Source: Phaeosaccion multiseriatum (taxonomy: Eukaryota; Protista; Ochrophyta, other classes). Taken from it: a stretch of 64,000 nt of DNA. Positions 38,745 through 58,402 of this stretch are shown here, piece by piece. The number at the start of each line of letters is the position of its first letter. Within the stretch, counting starts at the first letter, position 1. The position numbers were made by a program, and so were the translations under genes. The stretch is taken from the NCBI GenBank assembly GCA_965112735.1, contig OZ218963.1, forward strand, positions 744,001 to 808,000, in the 5' to 3' direction. The notes below the pieces were generated by a model that saw only the letters and a program-made list of their open reading frames with translations, was not told the DNA's origin and ran no database searches.

Positions 38745-40590
38745 TCACTCCTCGTCCTCCTCCTCGTCGTCGTCCTCCTCGTCCTCCTCCTCCATCCACT
38801 CAAAGAACTTCATTGTCTGTATAATGGCCTTCTGCTTGCCCGGTGTGGTGTTCATGACATCGTCCTTCCACTCGGCAAACGACCCCTCTTCGACAAGGTC
38901 CTTGGAGTAGAGCAAAATAAAGACCGTGTTCACCACGCTCTCTGTGTTGTCCTTGCCGTACTTGGGGAATTCCTTGCTCGCGCAGAAAGCCTGTGAGGGG
39001 TGGGTAGTAAGTCAATGGGTGGGTAAGAAGGTGGGTAGGTAGGTAGGTGGGTGGGTGGGTTGGGTAGGTGGGTGGGTGGGGTGAGTGAGATTGGAGCCCG
39101 CCGGGGTTGCAGGATGGATACAAGAAGATAACCGGGCAGGGGAGCGGGGCAGCAAGAGAAGAGAGAGGGAGACGGGCACACACACACACACACATACACA
39201 CACACGCGCGCGCGCGCACACACACACACACGCACACACGCACACACACAAACACACACACACGCACACACACACACACTCAGACACACACACGCACACA
39301 CACACTCACACACACACTCACACACACACTCACACACACACGCACACACACACACACACTCACACACACACACACACACACACACCTGCACACCAAACAC
39401 ACACACACACACACACTCACACACACACACACACACACACTCACACACACACACACAAACACACACACACTCACACACACACACACCACACACACACACG
39501 TTGGTGATACACACACACCTGCACACCAAACACGAGTTCCGTTTGCGCCTTGCCACCGCCCTCCTTGAGCAGCAGTTTGAGTGCCAGTCCGAGGTACCCA
39601 TCGTCCAGCCACTTTCCGTCCTGTGGTTTTCCTTCATAGGCCTGTAGGGAGCCTTCCACCAGGGCACCCACGGAAGGTTTGTGCTCCATGGCAGCAATGA
39701 GAGCCTGCAGATCTGCTCCCCTCTTGCCAGACGCAACTGTGTGCGGTTGTGTGTGTGAGTGAAAAATGTTGAGTTCGTAAGCGAGCCGATAGAGATGGAG
39801 AGAGAACCGATAGAGAGGGAGAAGGAGAGATAGAGAGAGGAGAGAGAGACAAAGAGAGAAGGAGAGAGAGGAGAGAGAGGAGAGACAGAGAAGGAGAGAG
39901 AGACAAGACACACAGAGGCCCTCTCCCACACCGTTAACGGCGCAACGACACCGCAACGACATCGCAACGACATCGCAACACACGAACAGCATGATCTCGC
40001 CCTCCCCCCCCTCTGCCGTGCAAGTTGGTTGTTTGCGTTGCGAAATGCTTTGCTTTGCAGTGTCCAACAGCCCTGCTTGCTCGCCCACAGCTCTCCTTCT
40101 TTCTCTCCTTCTCCCCTCTCTTTCTCTCTTGCCCTTCTTTGTCCGCCCCACCCAACCATCCACCCACCCACCAACAGACCGATGTCCACCCACCCATCCA
40201 CCCTACACACACGCACACCCACACACCTGCTTCCTTGGCTGCATCTGCCGCTAGCTGGGCCAAGTCCACCTCCGGCTCTGGCTCTGGCTCAGGCTCAGGC
40301 TTCGGCTCCGGTGCCGCCTCCGCCACAGCAGGGGCAGCAGGGGCAGGCCTCTCTCCTCCATCCTCCTTCTCCTTGGCAGTCTCCGTCACGGAGGGGCTCA
40401 GTTCCTTCCTGCCTACGGCCGCCGCAGGGGACGACGACGAAAAGAGTCTGGAGTTGTTGCCCGAAGGGACGGGTGTGGTGGTACCGCTCCCTCCCCCGCC
40501 CCCTCCCCCTGCGCCCAGCCTGGAGAAACGACCACCACCACCGGAGGTTGCTCCCTCTTGTTGGTCCCGGCTTCATGAGGGAGCAAAAGC

Positions 40591-40637
<47 letters not shown>

Positions 40638-40830
40638 CAGTTGGTGATACAGCAGCAGTTGGTGATACAGCAGCAGCGGCAAGGAATACGCGAGGTTGGA
40701 TTGTGTGGCCACTTTGACGTTTTAAATCTCCCCTGCTTTGGTCACTGACTGACTGACTGACTGACTGACTGACTGACTGACTGACTGACTAACTGACTGG
40801 CCCCAATCTTTTCACCTTCCCCCCCCCCCC

Positions 40831-40868
<38 letters not shown>

Positions 40869-43528
40869 CGCACACACACACACACACACATACTCTGGCC
40901 AGCCTTTGAATATACTTTCATTTCTCGTTTGATCTGGACCAGAACAAAAGGGACGAGTGGTCTGGACCACCAGCAACAACGAAAAAAGGCCCCAGGCACA
41001 CCAAAGCACACCACCACTTGGCAACTCGTCCCCACCACCACCACCAGTCTTCGTACCTGCTTCCGAACGATCGCCGCTCCCCATCGCCTCCTCCTCTCCT
41101 GTCATCGAAACGCCCCCCTCCTCCTCCCCCTCCCATTCTTCTGCTGTCCTCGTATCCCCCTCCTCCTCCTCCTCTTCTGTCGTCGTCATACCCTCCCCCA
41201 AAGCTTCGCCCCCCTCCCATCCCCCCCCCCCCTCCTCCTCCTCCTCTTCTGTCATCGTCATACCCTCCCCCAAAGCTTCGCCCTCCTCCTCCTCCTCCTC
41301 CTCCTCCTCCCATTCCTCCTCCCCCATCCCTCCTCGGGAAGTCATCTCTTCGAGCAAAGTCATCCTCCCTCTCCCTCGCAGGAATCCCTCCGGCGAAGCG
41401 CTTCGCAAAGGCATTCTGCTCTGGTGGTCCGGCGGGGGTGGCGTTGTCCCTCTCTCTCCTTCCTCCTCCTCCTCCTCCATCCCTCCCCTCTCCTCCCATC
41501 ATCCTTCGGTCACCCCCGTCCCTGCCGTCCCTGCCACCGCTGCCTCTCCACTCGTCGTCCCGACCACCCCCTCCACTGCCATCCCTGCCACCACCACCAG
41601 AAGAAGTCGACCCCCCTCTGCTCGCTCCCTCGCTCCTCATAGCTGCCCACCTGCCCACAGGTCGAGTGGGCGTAGCCTTCTCCCCGCCCTCTTCCCCCTT
41701 CGATGCCAACTTATCCTTATCACCTCCATCCCCATTCTCTGGGACAGTCTTCTTCGCTTCGGTGGTCGCTTCCTCTACTGTATCTTGCTCATCTTCTCCT
41801 TCTCCCGCTGCTGCCGCCTCCTCCTTCTCGCTGCCCTCCTCTCCTCCCTCGGCGGAAGGAGCCTCTCCTCCTGCATCTCCGGGCCTGACCCTGGCCACTT
41901 TGCGCTCAATCTCCAGTTTACGCATTCGTTCCTGCAGTGAGAGCAAAAGGCATAGAAGAAGGAAGAAAAGGCGGCACGACAAAATGTACAAAACGAGCAG
42001 CAGCCGCAGCAGCAGGCAGAAGAGGAGGAAGGGAGGTGAGGGGGGGGGGGGGGGAAGGGGATCACGACGTCAGCAACCACCTACGCTGCGCCCTCACAAG
42101 GCCCCCAACGTACTGAGCGCGTCACCTTCCAACATCGGAGTCAGAAAGAGACAAGTTGGTAAGACATGTTTCCCTTGCGCAAGTTGAAACTGGAAACTGT
42201 GAGCCCTACCTTGTCTAACTCAACTTGTCTAACTGACTGACACTAAAGGCATTTGGAAAGAGTACCAAGGAGGAGTGGCAAAAGTCAACACTATCTCGAA
42301 GGGTATTTCTTCACTGAAGACAGACCCCTTCTCCCTCCTTCCCGCCCACCTTTGTTTCTGATTCTTACCTCAATCTGTGCGTCCCTCTCTGTGGTGTCCA
42401 CTGCCTTGGCCGATCCAAACGGGTTGGGCCTGGGGCCCTTCTTCACCTTTGCCGCCTCCTCCCCCTCCTTATTGCCATTGCTCGACCTTGCCATCTTCTC
42501 CTTGATGGCATCCTTCGCACTCACCCCTGCCTGCTCCTCCTCCGCAGGAATCGGAGGAGGATTCGTCACGGGCAGCGTGCGAGCGCTCAGCTGCAGCCTC
42601 TTTCCCGCCGGTCGCTCCGACGCCACGGGCTCGTCGTCCCCACGGAAGTTTCCTCCACCCATTCGATCTCCGCCTCCACCCATTCGATCTCCGTCACGGT
42701 AGCCTCCACCTCCACCCATTCGATCTCCCCCCGCCCCCATACCGTCCCTGCTGTATCCCCCGCCGAAGCCGCCCCCGCCACCATCCCTGTAGCCCCCTCC
42801 CCCGCCCCTCCTATCGTTATCGAAGCCTCCTCCTCCCCCTCCTCCTCTCCTCCAGTTGGTATCATCGTCGGAGCGGCCGTATGGCCTCTCATCTCCTCCG
42901 CCCCTCCTGTCATCACCGAAGCCTCCACCTCCTCCTCCTCCTCCTCCTCCTCCTCCTCCTCCTCCACGCCAGTTCCCAACGTCATCAGAGCGGTTTCCTT
43001 GGTATTCGTCGTCGAGCTCAGACCTCTTGGGGCGACGACCGTCGTCGTTGCTGTAAATAATAAATATAGGCACACACACACAATAAAGAGGAGAGTGGGT
43101 TTAGAACACATCCACAGAAGAATTCTGGGAAAAGACGCAAAGAAGATGCGGTATCCCCACACGCAAGACCTGCGCCTTGCGTCCTTCTTCTCCTCCTCCC
43201 TCTGTCTAAGCAATTGCCAACTGCTTTCTCCTTTCTCCAATCTCCTTCTCTCCACCCGTCCCACTGCAGCTGCTGGCCGCCCATTTCGAACCATAGCGCC
43301 TCTCTCACACCACCCCTTCACCCTACCCTGCTCTTAACTCCGACTAAGATTAGCACCACACCACATCACCCAATCTCGCACCGCCTATCCTCAAGGCACT
43401 CACGGGTCTCTGTGCGGGTCAGGGGCAGTCGGAAGGTTGGCAAGACCGGCCGGGCGACCCGCCTTCCCGGCGGAGTCGCCCAGGAAGGATCCCAGATCCA
43501 TCTTCACGCCCTTGTTTTTAGGAGGCAT
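38745..43528 (-). CDS. eIF4B-like protein fused to a C-terminal W2 (eIF4G/eIF5/eIF2B-epsilon) domain
   Basis: Exons 43528-43404 (MPPKNKGVKMDLGSFL..LPTAP), ~43050-42369 (RSDD..NWR, KRLQLSART, NPFGSAKAVDT), 41931-41056, 40570-40226, 39736-39519, 38990-38745 (LYSKDLVEEGSFAEW...GKQKAI..FFEWMEEEDEE). Confidence 0.8.
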
Positions 43529-43857
43529 GGCAGCTAGAAAGTTTGGTGCAGAAGCCCAGTCTTCTGTGCGCAACAAGAGGAACAGGGGCTGGATTTCAAA
43601 GCACCGTCCGTACCTCAGCGCCCAGGACTCAACCCCGGGGGGGACGGAGTTTTAGTTTTAGCTTTTTTTCCCTCCCTTTTTTTCCCTTCTCTTCCTCTTT
43701 CTCCAGCACACTGATTCGATTCCAGCCATGTGTGGACATGTATTCCTTACGAAGAGTGTTTTGCATGCATATAAAGAGGGGAAGTTTGAGCTGTGCTGTT
43801 GTTACAGGTATCTTTTCCGAGGAAAAAACCCTGCCCCCCAGCACCCCCCCCGTTCCC

Positions 43858-43987
43858 TCGACCCCTGACACACTATCGCCCACATTCTCGATAGCGCGCT
43901 ATCGGCCCCCGGCGCGCTATCGATAGCGGATAGCGTACCGGCTGGCGCCGGCCGATAGCGGATAGCGGATAGTGTGTCAGGGGTCGA
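43858..43987. mobile_element. MITE-like element (TCGACCCCTG family), copy 2
   Basis: Perfect TIR TCGACCCCTGACACACTATC / GATAGTGTGTCAGGGGTCGA, flanked by direct repeat GTTCCC. Confidence 0.88.
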
Positions 43988-44108
43988 GTTCCCCGCCCGT
44001 TCCCCCCTCCACGCCAACTACCAGCGTTGAGAGACATGTAACGGTTAACGTTCGCTTTCGTAGCGTTGCATGTGACCAGTAGAGTGATAGCTATCGTTGG
44101 AAGTGGTG

Positions 44109-44202
<94 letters not shown>

Positions 44203-44868
44203 GCAAACACACACGCCCACACGTTTCAGTTTCAGTGTAGTTTCAGTATATTATATAGTGGACAAATATCGACAAGCGATACAATAATCGACAAGCGATG
44301 CAATATCGACGCGCTCTCCCAGAGCTCCCTCCCATACACGTTCCAAACAAGTGTGTGTGTGTGTGTGCACGTTTCTGTAACTGCATCCCCTCTCTTACCC
44401 TCCTCCTCTCCCTCCCTCCCTCTCTTTCTCTTTCTCTCTCTCTCTCTCTGTCCTCTCATCCCTGGCCCCTCCCCTGTCCACTCCCCTCTCCACAACTGCT
44501 CCCATGCACGCACACACACACCGGGGATCGTGGCGGACTCTCACGCTTCCTCCGCATCGCATCACACATCAAGAGCTCCCTCTCTTTCACTCGTTTTATC
44601 CTTTTCCATCTACTACGCCGTATAGTACAGTACATTCACGATTATTTTTTTTTTTAATTGTATCCTAAGACTTACTTGTACTTCCCATCCATCGCTATCG
44701 TGAGTACGTAAGAGTACGTAACCTCATGTCATTCCAATCCAATGTTGGAAAGATATGAATATCAATCCCAATCACCATTCAGCCGACTAACTATCGAGAG
44801 GTTGATCACACATCACTGCACTCACTCCCATTCTGTTTTGATGATGTGATGGTGATGTGATGGTGATG

Positions 44869-44926
<58 letters not shown>

Positions 44927-45061
44927 CACTGTATCTCGGGCAAACGCAACCCTCACTACTCCCTCACTCGCGCACTCCCATTCAACGTGGTGGAAGGCGG
45001 TTTCGACGGGTTCGAACCCAATCATCAATCACTCACTATTCCTCCCCCATACTGAGTGAAA

Positions 45062-52071
<7,010 letters not shown>

Positions 52072-52361
52072 TTCGCCCGCCTGAACCCAATCAAATTTGC
52101 GGTGCTCCTCCTCCTCCTCTTGCAGAGCCTTTCCTTCAACTTCGCAGGACCTCCTTTCACAGCAACAGAGCCTGCGAGTGTTCCCCTGTACTTATGGTCT
52201 TTCCCTGCTTCTTCTGCTGTAATCTCTCTCCTCTCTGTGCTGTGGAAAGAGCGAAAAAATGAAAATATCGAGGATTTTTCAAACCCGAGGGCAGGCCGAT
52301 ATTTTTCTATTGACTTATTCCTCGCTTATTCCCCCTTTCGTTGTTTGCTCCTCCTACAATA

Positions 52362-52473
52362 TCGACCCCTGACGCGCTATCGCCCACATTCGCGATAGCA
52401 CACCCCCACAACCCGCCCCCCCCCGCCAAAGCCGGCTGGCGCCGGCGATAGCGGATAGCGTGTCAGGGGTCGA
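52362..52473. mobile_element. MITE-like element (TCGACCCCTG family), copy 3
   Basis: TIRs TCGACCCCTGACGCGCTATC / GATAGCGTGTCAGGGGTCGA. CTCCTAC lies on both sides, 4 nt offset on the left. Confidence 0.85.
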
Positions 52474-52515
52474 CTCCTACTGACTCACACCAGGCACTGG
52501 CTGATATCTACTGAC

Positions 52516-52725
52516 TCACACCAGCCCCCTGATACCAAGTAACCTTCTTGGTGCTTGTGGTCACTTCCCGGTAGGCATCCGCCACTCGGTGTCGAGAGAA
52601 GGGCTTCTCACAGAAGGAGCAGTTTAACTTGGTCATCTCCGTGTGCACAGACTTGAGTACACTGGTGGGTAGAGGGAGAGGGAGGGAGGAAGGGGGGGGG
52701 GGAGAGAGGGATGGAGGGACAGGGG

Positions 52726-52791
<66 letters not shown>

Positions 52792-53007
52792 TCAGGAGAG
52801 AGAGAAAGAGGGTATAGGAGAGAAAGTGTCGGCAAAATGGGTGTGAGGGCCGAGAGAGAGGGTGTCAGGACAGAAAAAGTGCCAGGACACAGAGAGGGTG
52901 AGACAGCAGATCGGAGGGGTGGGCGTAAAGTGAAAGTGAGCCACCTGGCAGAGAGAGAGAAAGTGCCAGGACAGAGAGAGAGAGTGTGTGTGCATGTGAC
53001 TGACAGG

Positions 53008-53046
<39 letters not shown>

Positions 53047-54426
53047 CCAGGACAGAGACAGATAGAGAGAAAAGAGTCAGACCCCACCTGGCCGAAATGA
53101 TGACAACCAACACGTCAGGTGGACAGCGCTCCTCCCCGCTGCGAACACGCCTCACCAAGTCCATTCCATTCCCGTCCGGCAACCCAATGTCCACCCATAA
53201 TTGATCGAACCCCCTCTCCTTCATGAGCCTGGATGCTACCCCTAGTGAGGGCGCAATGGTGCAGTGTACAGGGAAAAGGCTGTCCAGCATGCGCTTGAGA
53301 AGTCGCGAGTTCGACGCCGAGTCTTCGATAATGAGCAGCTCCGTAACGGTCTCCTTCGCCTTCTTCTCCTCATCCTCCTCCTCCTCCATAACCACCTCTT
53401 GCACTTTAACCTCAGCCTTTCTCTCCCCCTCGCCCTTTCTCTCCCCCTCGCCCTTCCTCTCCCCCCCCCCCCCCTCCTCCTCCTCGGCAGCAGCAGCGAC
53501 CCCGGCTACCTCCTCCTCCTCCTGCTCCTCCCGCTCCTCCTTCTTTTTCCCCTCCAATGCAGCCAGCTCACCAGTCCTGCCTTGTCTCTCTGTCTCTCTG
53601 CGGTCACGATGGTCTTGGTCCTTGACCTTGTTATTCTCCTTTCTCTGTTCCTCTCGGGCAAACCTCGCTCCCACTCTAACAATGAAGGTGCTTCCTTTTC
53701 CTCTCCCTTCGCTCTTCATCTCTACGCTCCCTTGCATGGCGTGTACGATCTGACTCACGATAGACAGGCCTAGACCTGTATACATATATATAATATGTTG
53801 GTTGTTCGTTAACGTGTGCGTTGTGTGTGAACGGTAAGAAGGTGCAAGGGCATGATGCAAGTGAAGGGCGAGTAAGTAGGTCGATAAAAGCAACTTGATA
53901 AACAAGAAAAAAGTGAAAAGGAGTCAATCAAAACAAGTCGGCAGAGAAACTCTACTTTGACGCACCTGTTCCCACGATGTCCCTCACGTGCGTAGCCCTC
54001 GCGAAGGGCTTCATGAGAGTCTGGGCCTCCTCCGGTGTCATGCCAATGCCCGTGTCTGTGACCCGTACCACCACATCGCAAGCTTTCCCAGGTGCAAACG
54101 CCCTCCCCCCCGTGTCTCCTCCTCCTTCTCCTGCTACTACTGCATCACCTCCTTGGTTTTGCCCCTTTGGTGGTTGCACATCCAAATTCACAGAAATGGA
54201 GCCGCCTGCCGGGGTGAACTTGATGGCATTGGCGACTAGGTTGGTGCACACCTGTTGGTTATTCGGTTTGTCGAGACACGTATTTTGTCATGTGTTGTCA
54301 ACCGCCAAGAAGCAACAGAGGAGAAGCATTGACAAACAAACCACGCAACGCAAGCGCACAACACGAACGAATAAACACTTCACCCCACCGCAACCCCATC
54401 CCACACACACACACACGCACACACAC

Positions 54427-54463
<37 letters not shown>

Positions 54464-54501
54464 CACTCACACGCACACACACGCACACACACACACATGC
54501 A

Positions 54502-54569
<68 letters not shown>

Positions 54570-54600
54570 CACACACACATGCACTCACACACACACACAC

Positions 54601-54642
<42 letters not shown>

Positions 54643-56344
54643 GCACCTGTGTTAATCGATGCAAATCCACATTGATGGGCCGTGAGCAAGCCTCGCTGCA
54701 AGTGCTCTCAAACTCGAGGCCCGAGGCCGATGCGTTGAGTTGAAATTGACCCGACAAATCATCCGCAAAGTCGCGCAGCACGCAGCGACAGGGGATGATG
54801 GAAAGGTGCGCGTGCATGGTCTCGTCACCTCTTCCTCCATCCCCTTCGCCGTTGAATACATTGTCGTTAAACAGCTGAAGCACGTCATCCACATGCCTGG
54901 CCATATCGTTGGATACTTTGACGATCGTGGCCACGTCCTCCCACACAAGCTTGGTGTCTCTGTCCGCGAGTGTTTGCTCGGCCGTGCCCCGTATGATGCT
55001 CAACGGGGTTCTGAACTCGTGGGAGGTGTGGGCGAAGAAAGACATGTTGTGCTCGAGATTGCGTTTCAACACATCGGATTGCCCCTTGAGCACTGTTGTA
55101 GTAGTGGAGATGACCAGACATGTGACGCCGAGGAAGACGGAGCACGTCGAGGCCCCGCTAACGAGCGTTTCCGTGTCCTCGTTGTCGAATAGCACAGCGA
55201 GAGGCCCCCTGTCCAACACCACGTCCAGGAACAAGAAGAAGACGGAAACCGCTGTCACCCCACCCGACCAGGCTTGCGGGAGGAGTGACGAAACAGCAGC
55301 GACCACCCCGACCGAGAAGAAGACGATGGGCAGAGCGAGAGCGACGGTCCCGGCATCGATGGTGTTGATGGTGCCGTTGACCAACGAGGCGATGACGAAG
55401 ATGAAGATGTTTCCCTTGTTCCTTGAGTAGAAGGACCCCTTCTCTAACATCGATCGACCCGCTCTACTCGGCATGTGGCTGCTGCTGCTACCGCTGCTGC
55501 TGGTGCTTTGGGTGTGGCTGAATTTCTTGGCACCAACACCGGCGGCACCCCGCACGCTGCTGCCCTTGCGCTGCTGTCTGTGGCTCTTCTCACAGCGCTC
55601 CTGCATAAGCCAAGAGAACTCCGTGTAGATGAGGTTGAAAAAGAAGAGAACGTTCCAGAGGCCGGCAAAGTCCGAAATGAACCAAGTAAGCCACGCGTCG
55701 CTCCAGTTGGACACGCCGAGATACGTTATCAAGGCGGCCATCGCAATGAAAGCAGCCACGGCGCATGCCAAAACCATGGCCCCAATAAAAACCCACACCT
55801 CCCGCACGCGTGTCAGCGGCTTGAAAAGGTCGAAGCGAAAGAAGAACAGCGCTGCGCACGTCGTGGTCATCTCCACCACGTTTGCGAGGCAAAAGATGGC
55901 CAACACAGCTGCCTTCAAGGGCGAGACCACGGAGCGCGCCCACGTATAGGAGACGCCGAACACGATCACGTGGGCGAGCGTTACTGGGAGGCCGTATTTA
56001 TAGCTGGCGTTGATGCTGATGACGCCAATGCCGTTGGTCACCCACAGCACCGCTACCTTGTCAATCTTGAAGTACAGAGACACCCACGTGGCCAAGAAGA
56101 CCAGCCCAAAGTGCAGGCATAGTCCCATCAGCAGCGTTGCCGCCATCAACCACGTCGGCGTTGTTCCCCAGTCTACGACCCCGACCAAGAGGCCCCTCCC
56201 CCAAGGTGTCCGGGTTGGTGACTCACCCTCTGGAAGCTTAGGCCTGCTGTTGCTCCCCATCCTTCCCATACGCCAGCTGGAGACGTGTGGTACCGATGGG
56301 CCCTTCTCTTCTCCCCCCCCCTTCTCATCAGGGGCTTGCTCCAT
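52516..56344 (-). CDS. Membrane hybrid histidine kinase (MASE1 - HisKA - HATPase_c - REC)
   Basis: Exons ~56344-54647, 54251-53966, 53775-53088, 52661-52516. MASE1-like TM region ([22 protein letters not shown]), H-box SHEFRTPL, N-box [22 protein letters not shown], receiver [18 protein letters not shown]. Confidence 0.92.
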
Positions 56345-57108
56345 GTGCGTCCAGCTGGCAAATGCCTTTAGCAGAGAGGAGGGTGGGACGCGACGCTCCA
56401 GCCAGTTGACCAATCTCTCTCCCAGTCTTTTGTAGGCTTCAGCTCACACGAGACATCTTACAGGTGCTCCACCCCTTTTGGCTCTCCCTATCTATCAGCA
56501 AGCAGAGGTGTTCTGCCCCTTGGTCTCCCTACCAAGCACAACAGGAGGAGTTGAAACTGGAGGGTGGAGCGAAGGTTGAGCAGAGCTTCAACAACGAGCA
56601 ACCTCCTCTCCGAGTCTATAGGCTTCAGCGAACGATAAAATCCTCCAGGCTCCGCTCACTTTAGCTGGCAGCTTTGACCTGTGCTTGTGCAGGATATGAG
56701 TAGTGGATTGAAAAGTAAAAGGAAAGAAAATGGGAAAGGCAGTTGAATATGTCAATGAACCATATGGCTCGTGACTCCCGGGCCCCCTTCCGTTCCATGA
56801 CCCCGCCCCCTGATTAGATCCAACCCCCCCCCAGTGTTATTATAATCGCCCCCCTTATTTGCTTGTTTGCCTCTCGTGGCGAATGGGTTTCGCCAAATGC
56901 GTCTAAGGAGAGGAAACCACAACGGAGGGGGTAACTAGCTAAGCGAAACCGCCCGCCTGCTTCGCTCTGACCATAGCATAAAAGAAAAAAGGGAGGAGAG
57001 GAGGGGAAGGAGGGCTGTGGGGAGCGAGCTGAGTGATCCACCGATCGTCTGTATGGCTGGCTGGTCGCAATCACGGGCGGGGGCGGCGGCGGCGGCGGAG
57101 AAGAAGAA

Positions 57109-57762
57109 GGAGGAGGAGGAGGAGGAGGAGGAGGAGGAGGAGGAGGAGGAGGAGGAGGAGGAGGAGGAGGAGGAGGAGGAGGAGGAGGAGGAGGAGGAGG
57201 AGGAGGAGGAGGAGGAGGAGGAGGAGGAGGAGGAGGAGGAGGAGGAGGAGGAGGAGGAGGAGGAGGAGGAGGAGGAGGAGGAGGAGGAGGAGGAGGAGGA
57301 GGAGGAGGAGGAGGAGGAGGAGGAGGAGGAGGAGGAGGAGGAGGAGGAGGAGGAGGAGGAGGAGGAGGAGGAGGAGGAGGAGGAGGAGGAGGAGGAGGAG
57401 GAGGAGGAGGAGGAGGAGGAGGAGGAGGAGGAGGAGGAGGAGGAGGAGGAGGAGGAGGAGGAGGAGGAGGAGGAGGAGGAGGAGGAGGAGGAGGAGGAGG
57501 AGGAGGAGGAGGAGGAGGAGGAGGAGGAGGAGGAGGAGGAGGAGGAGGAGGAGGAGGAGGAGGAGGAGGAGGAGGAGGAGGAGGAGGAGGAGGAGGAGGA
57601 GGAGGAGGAGGAGGAGGAGGAGGAGGAGGAGGAGGAGGAGGAGGAGGAGGAGGAGGAGGAGGAGGAGGAGGAGGAGGAGGAGGAGGAGGAGGAGGAGGAG
57701 GAGGAGGAGGAGGAGGAGGAGGAGGAGGAGGAGGAGGAGGAGGAGGAGGAGGAGGAGGAGGA
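57109..57762. repeat. Perfect (GAG)n tract, ~650 bp
   Basis: Uninterrupted trinucleotide run directly abutting an LTR. Confidence 0.97.
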
Positions 57763-57948
57763 TGTTGTGATAAGTATCGCCATTTGTGACTGAGCACTAT
57801 ATCGACGTACAATATCGATGTGGATATCGATATTCATGTATGGCCACGGCCATCACTTCCTTGAACGCATCTCTCAGTAGGTATTATTAATACACGAGTT
57901 GACACTACTCTAGCTTGTCCCTGTCATCGTAGAGGAGATATCGCAACA
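57763..57948 (+). mobile_element. Isolated LTR related to the copia LTR at 10313-10500
   Basis: TGTT...CGCAACA termini, 186 bp. Shares TGTGACTGAGCACTA.ATCGACGTA.AATATCGATGT and GAGTTGACACTACT with the first LTR. Confidence 0.85.
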
Positions 57949-58155
57949 CGACAGCTGTCGCGACACTTCACAGCTAGCTGGTTCTACGAGTAGTCGGCGA
58001 CGGCACACAGGCGAGTTTTGGTCGGATAACTCAAGTGAGAGAGAAGGAGTCCTTTCGTTAGCCATGCCAGGCGCGGAAGAAGAAGGCGTTGAAAAGGCGG
58101 ACGCAGCGGCGCCCGCCAGTGCGAGTTCCGCGATAGAAGGAGACGCACTGCAGCA

Positions 58156-58402
58156 GAGGAGGAGGAGGAGGAGGAGGAGGAGGAGGAGGAGGAGGAGGAG
58201 GAGGAGGAGGAGGAGGAGGAGGAGGAGGAGGAGGAGGAGGAGGAGGAGGAGGAGGAGGAGGAGGAGGAGGAGGAGGAGGAGGAGGAGGAGGAGGAGGAGG
58301 AGGAGGAGGAGGAGGAGGAGGAGGAGGAGGAGGAGGAGGAGGAGGAGGAGGAGGAGGAGGAGGAGGAGGAGAAGGAGGAGGAGGAGGAGGAGGAGGAGGA
58401 GG
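58156..58402. repeat. (GAG)n tract, ~250 bp
   Basis: Direct reading. Confidence 0.95.

Noticed and set aside
44265-44312. Local ATCGAC repeats (also ~49370 and ~50575)
   Set aside because: Too short and irregular to define an element.
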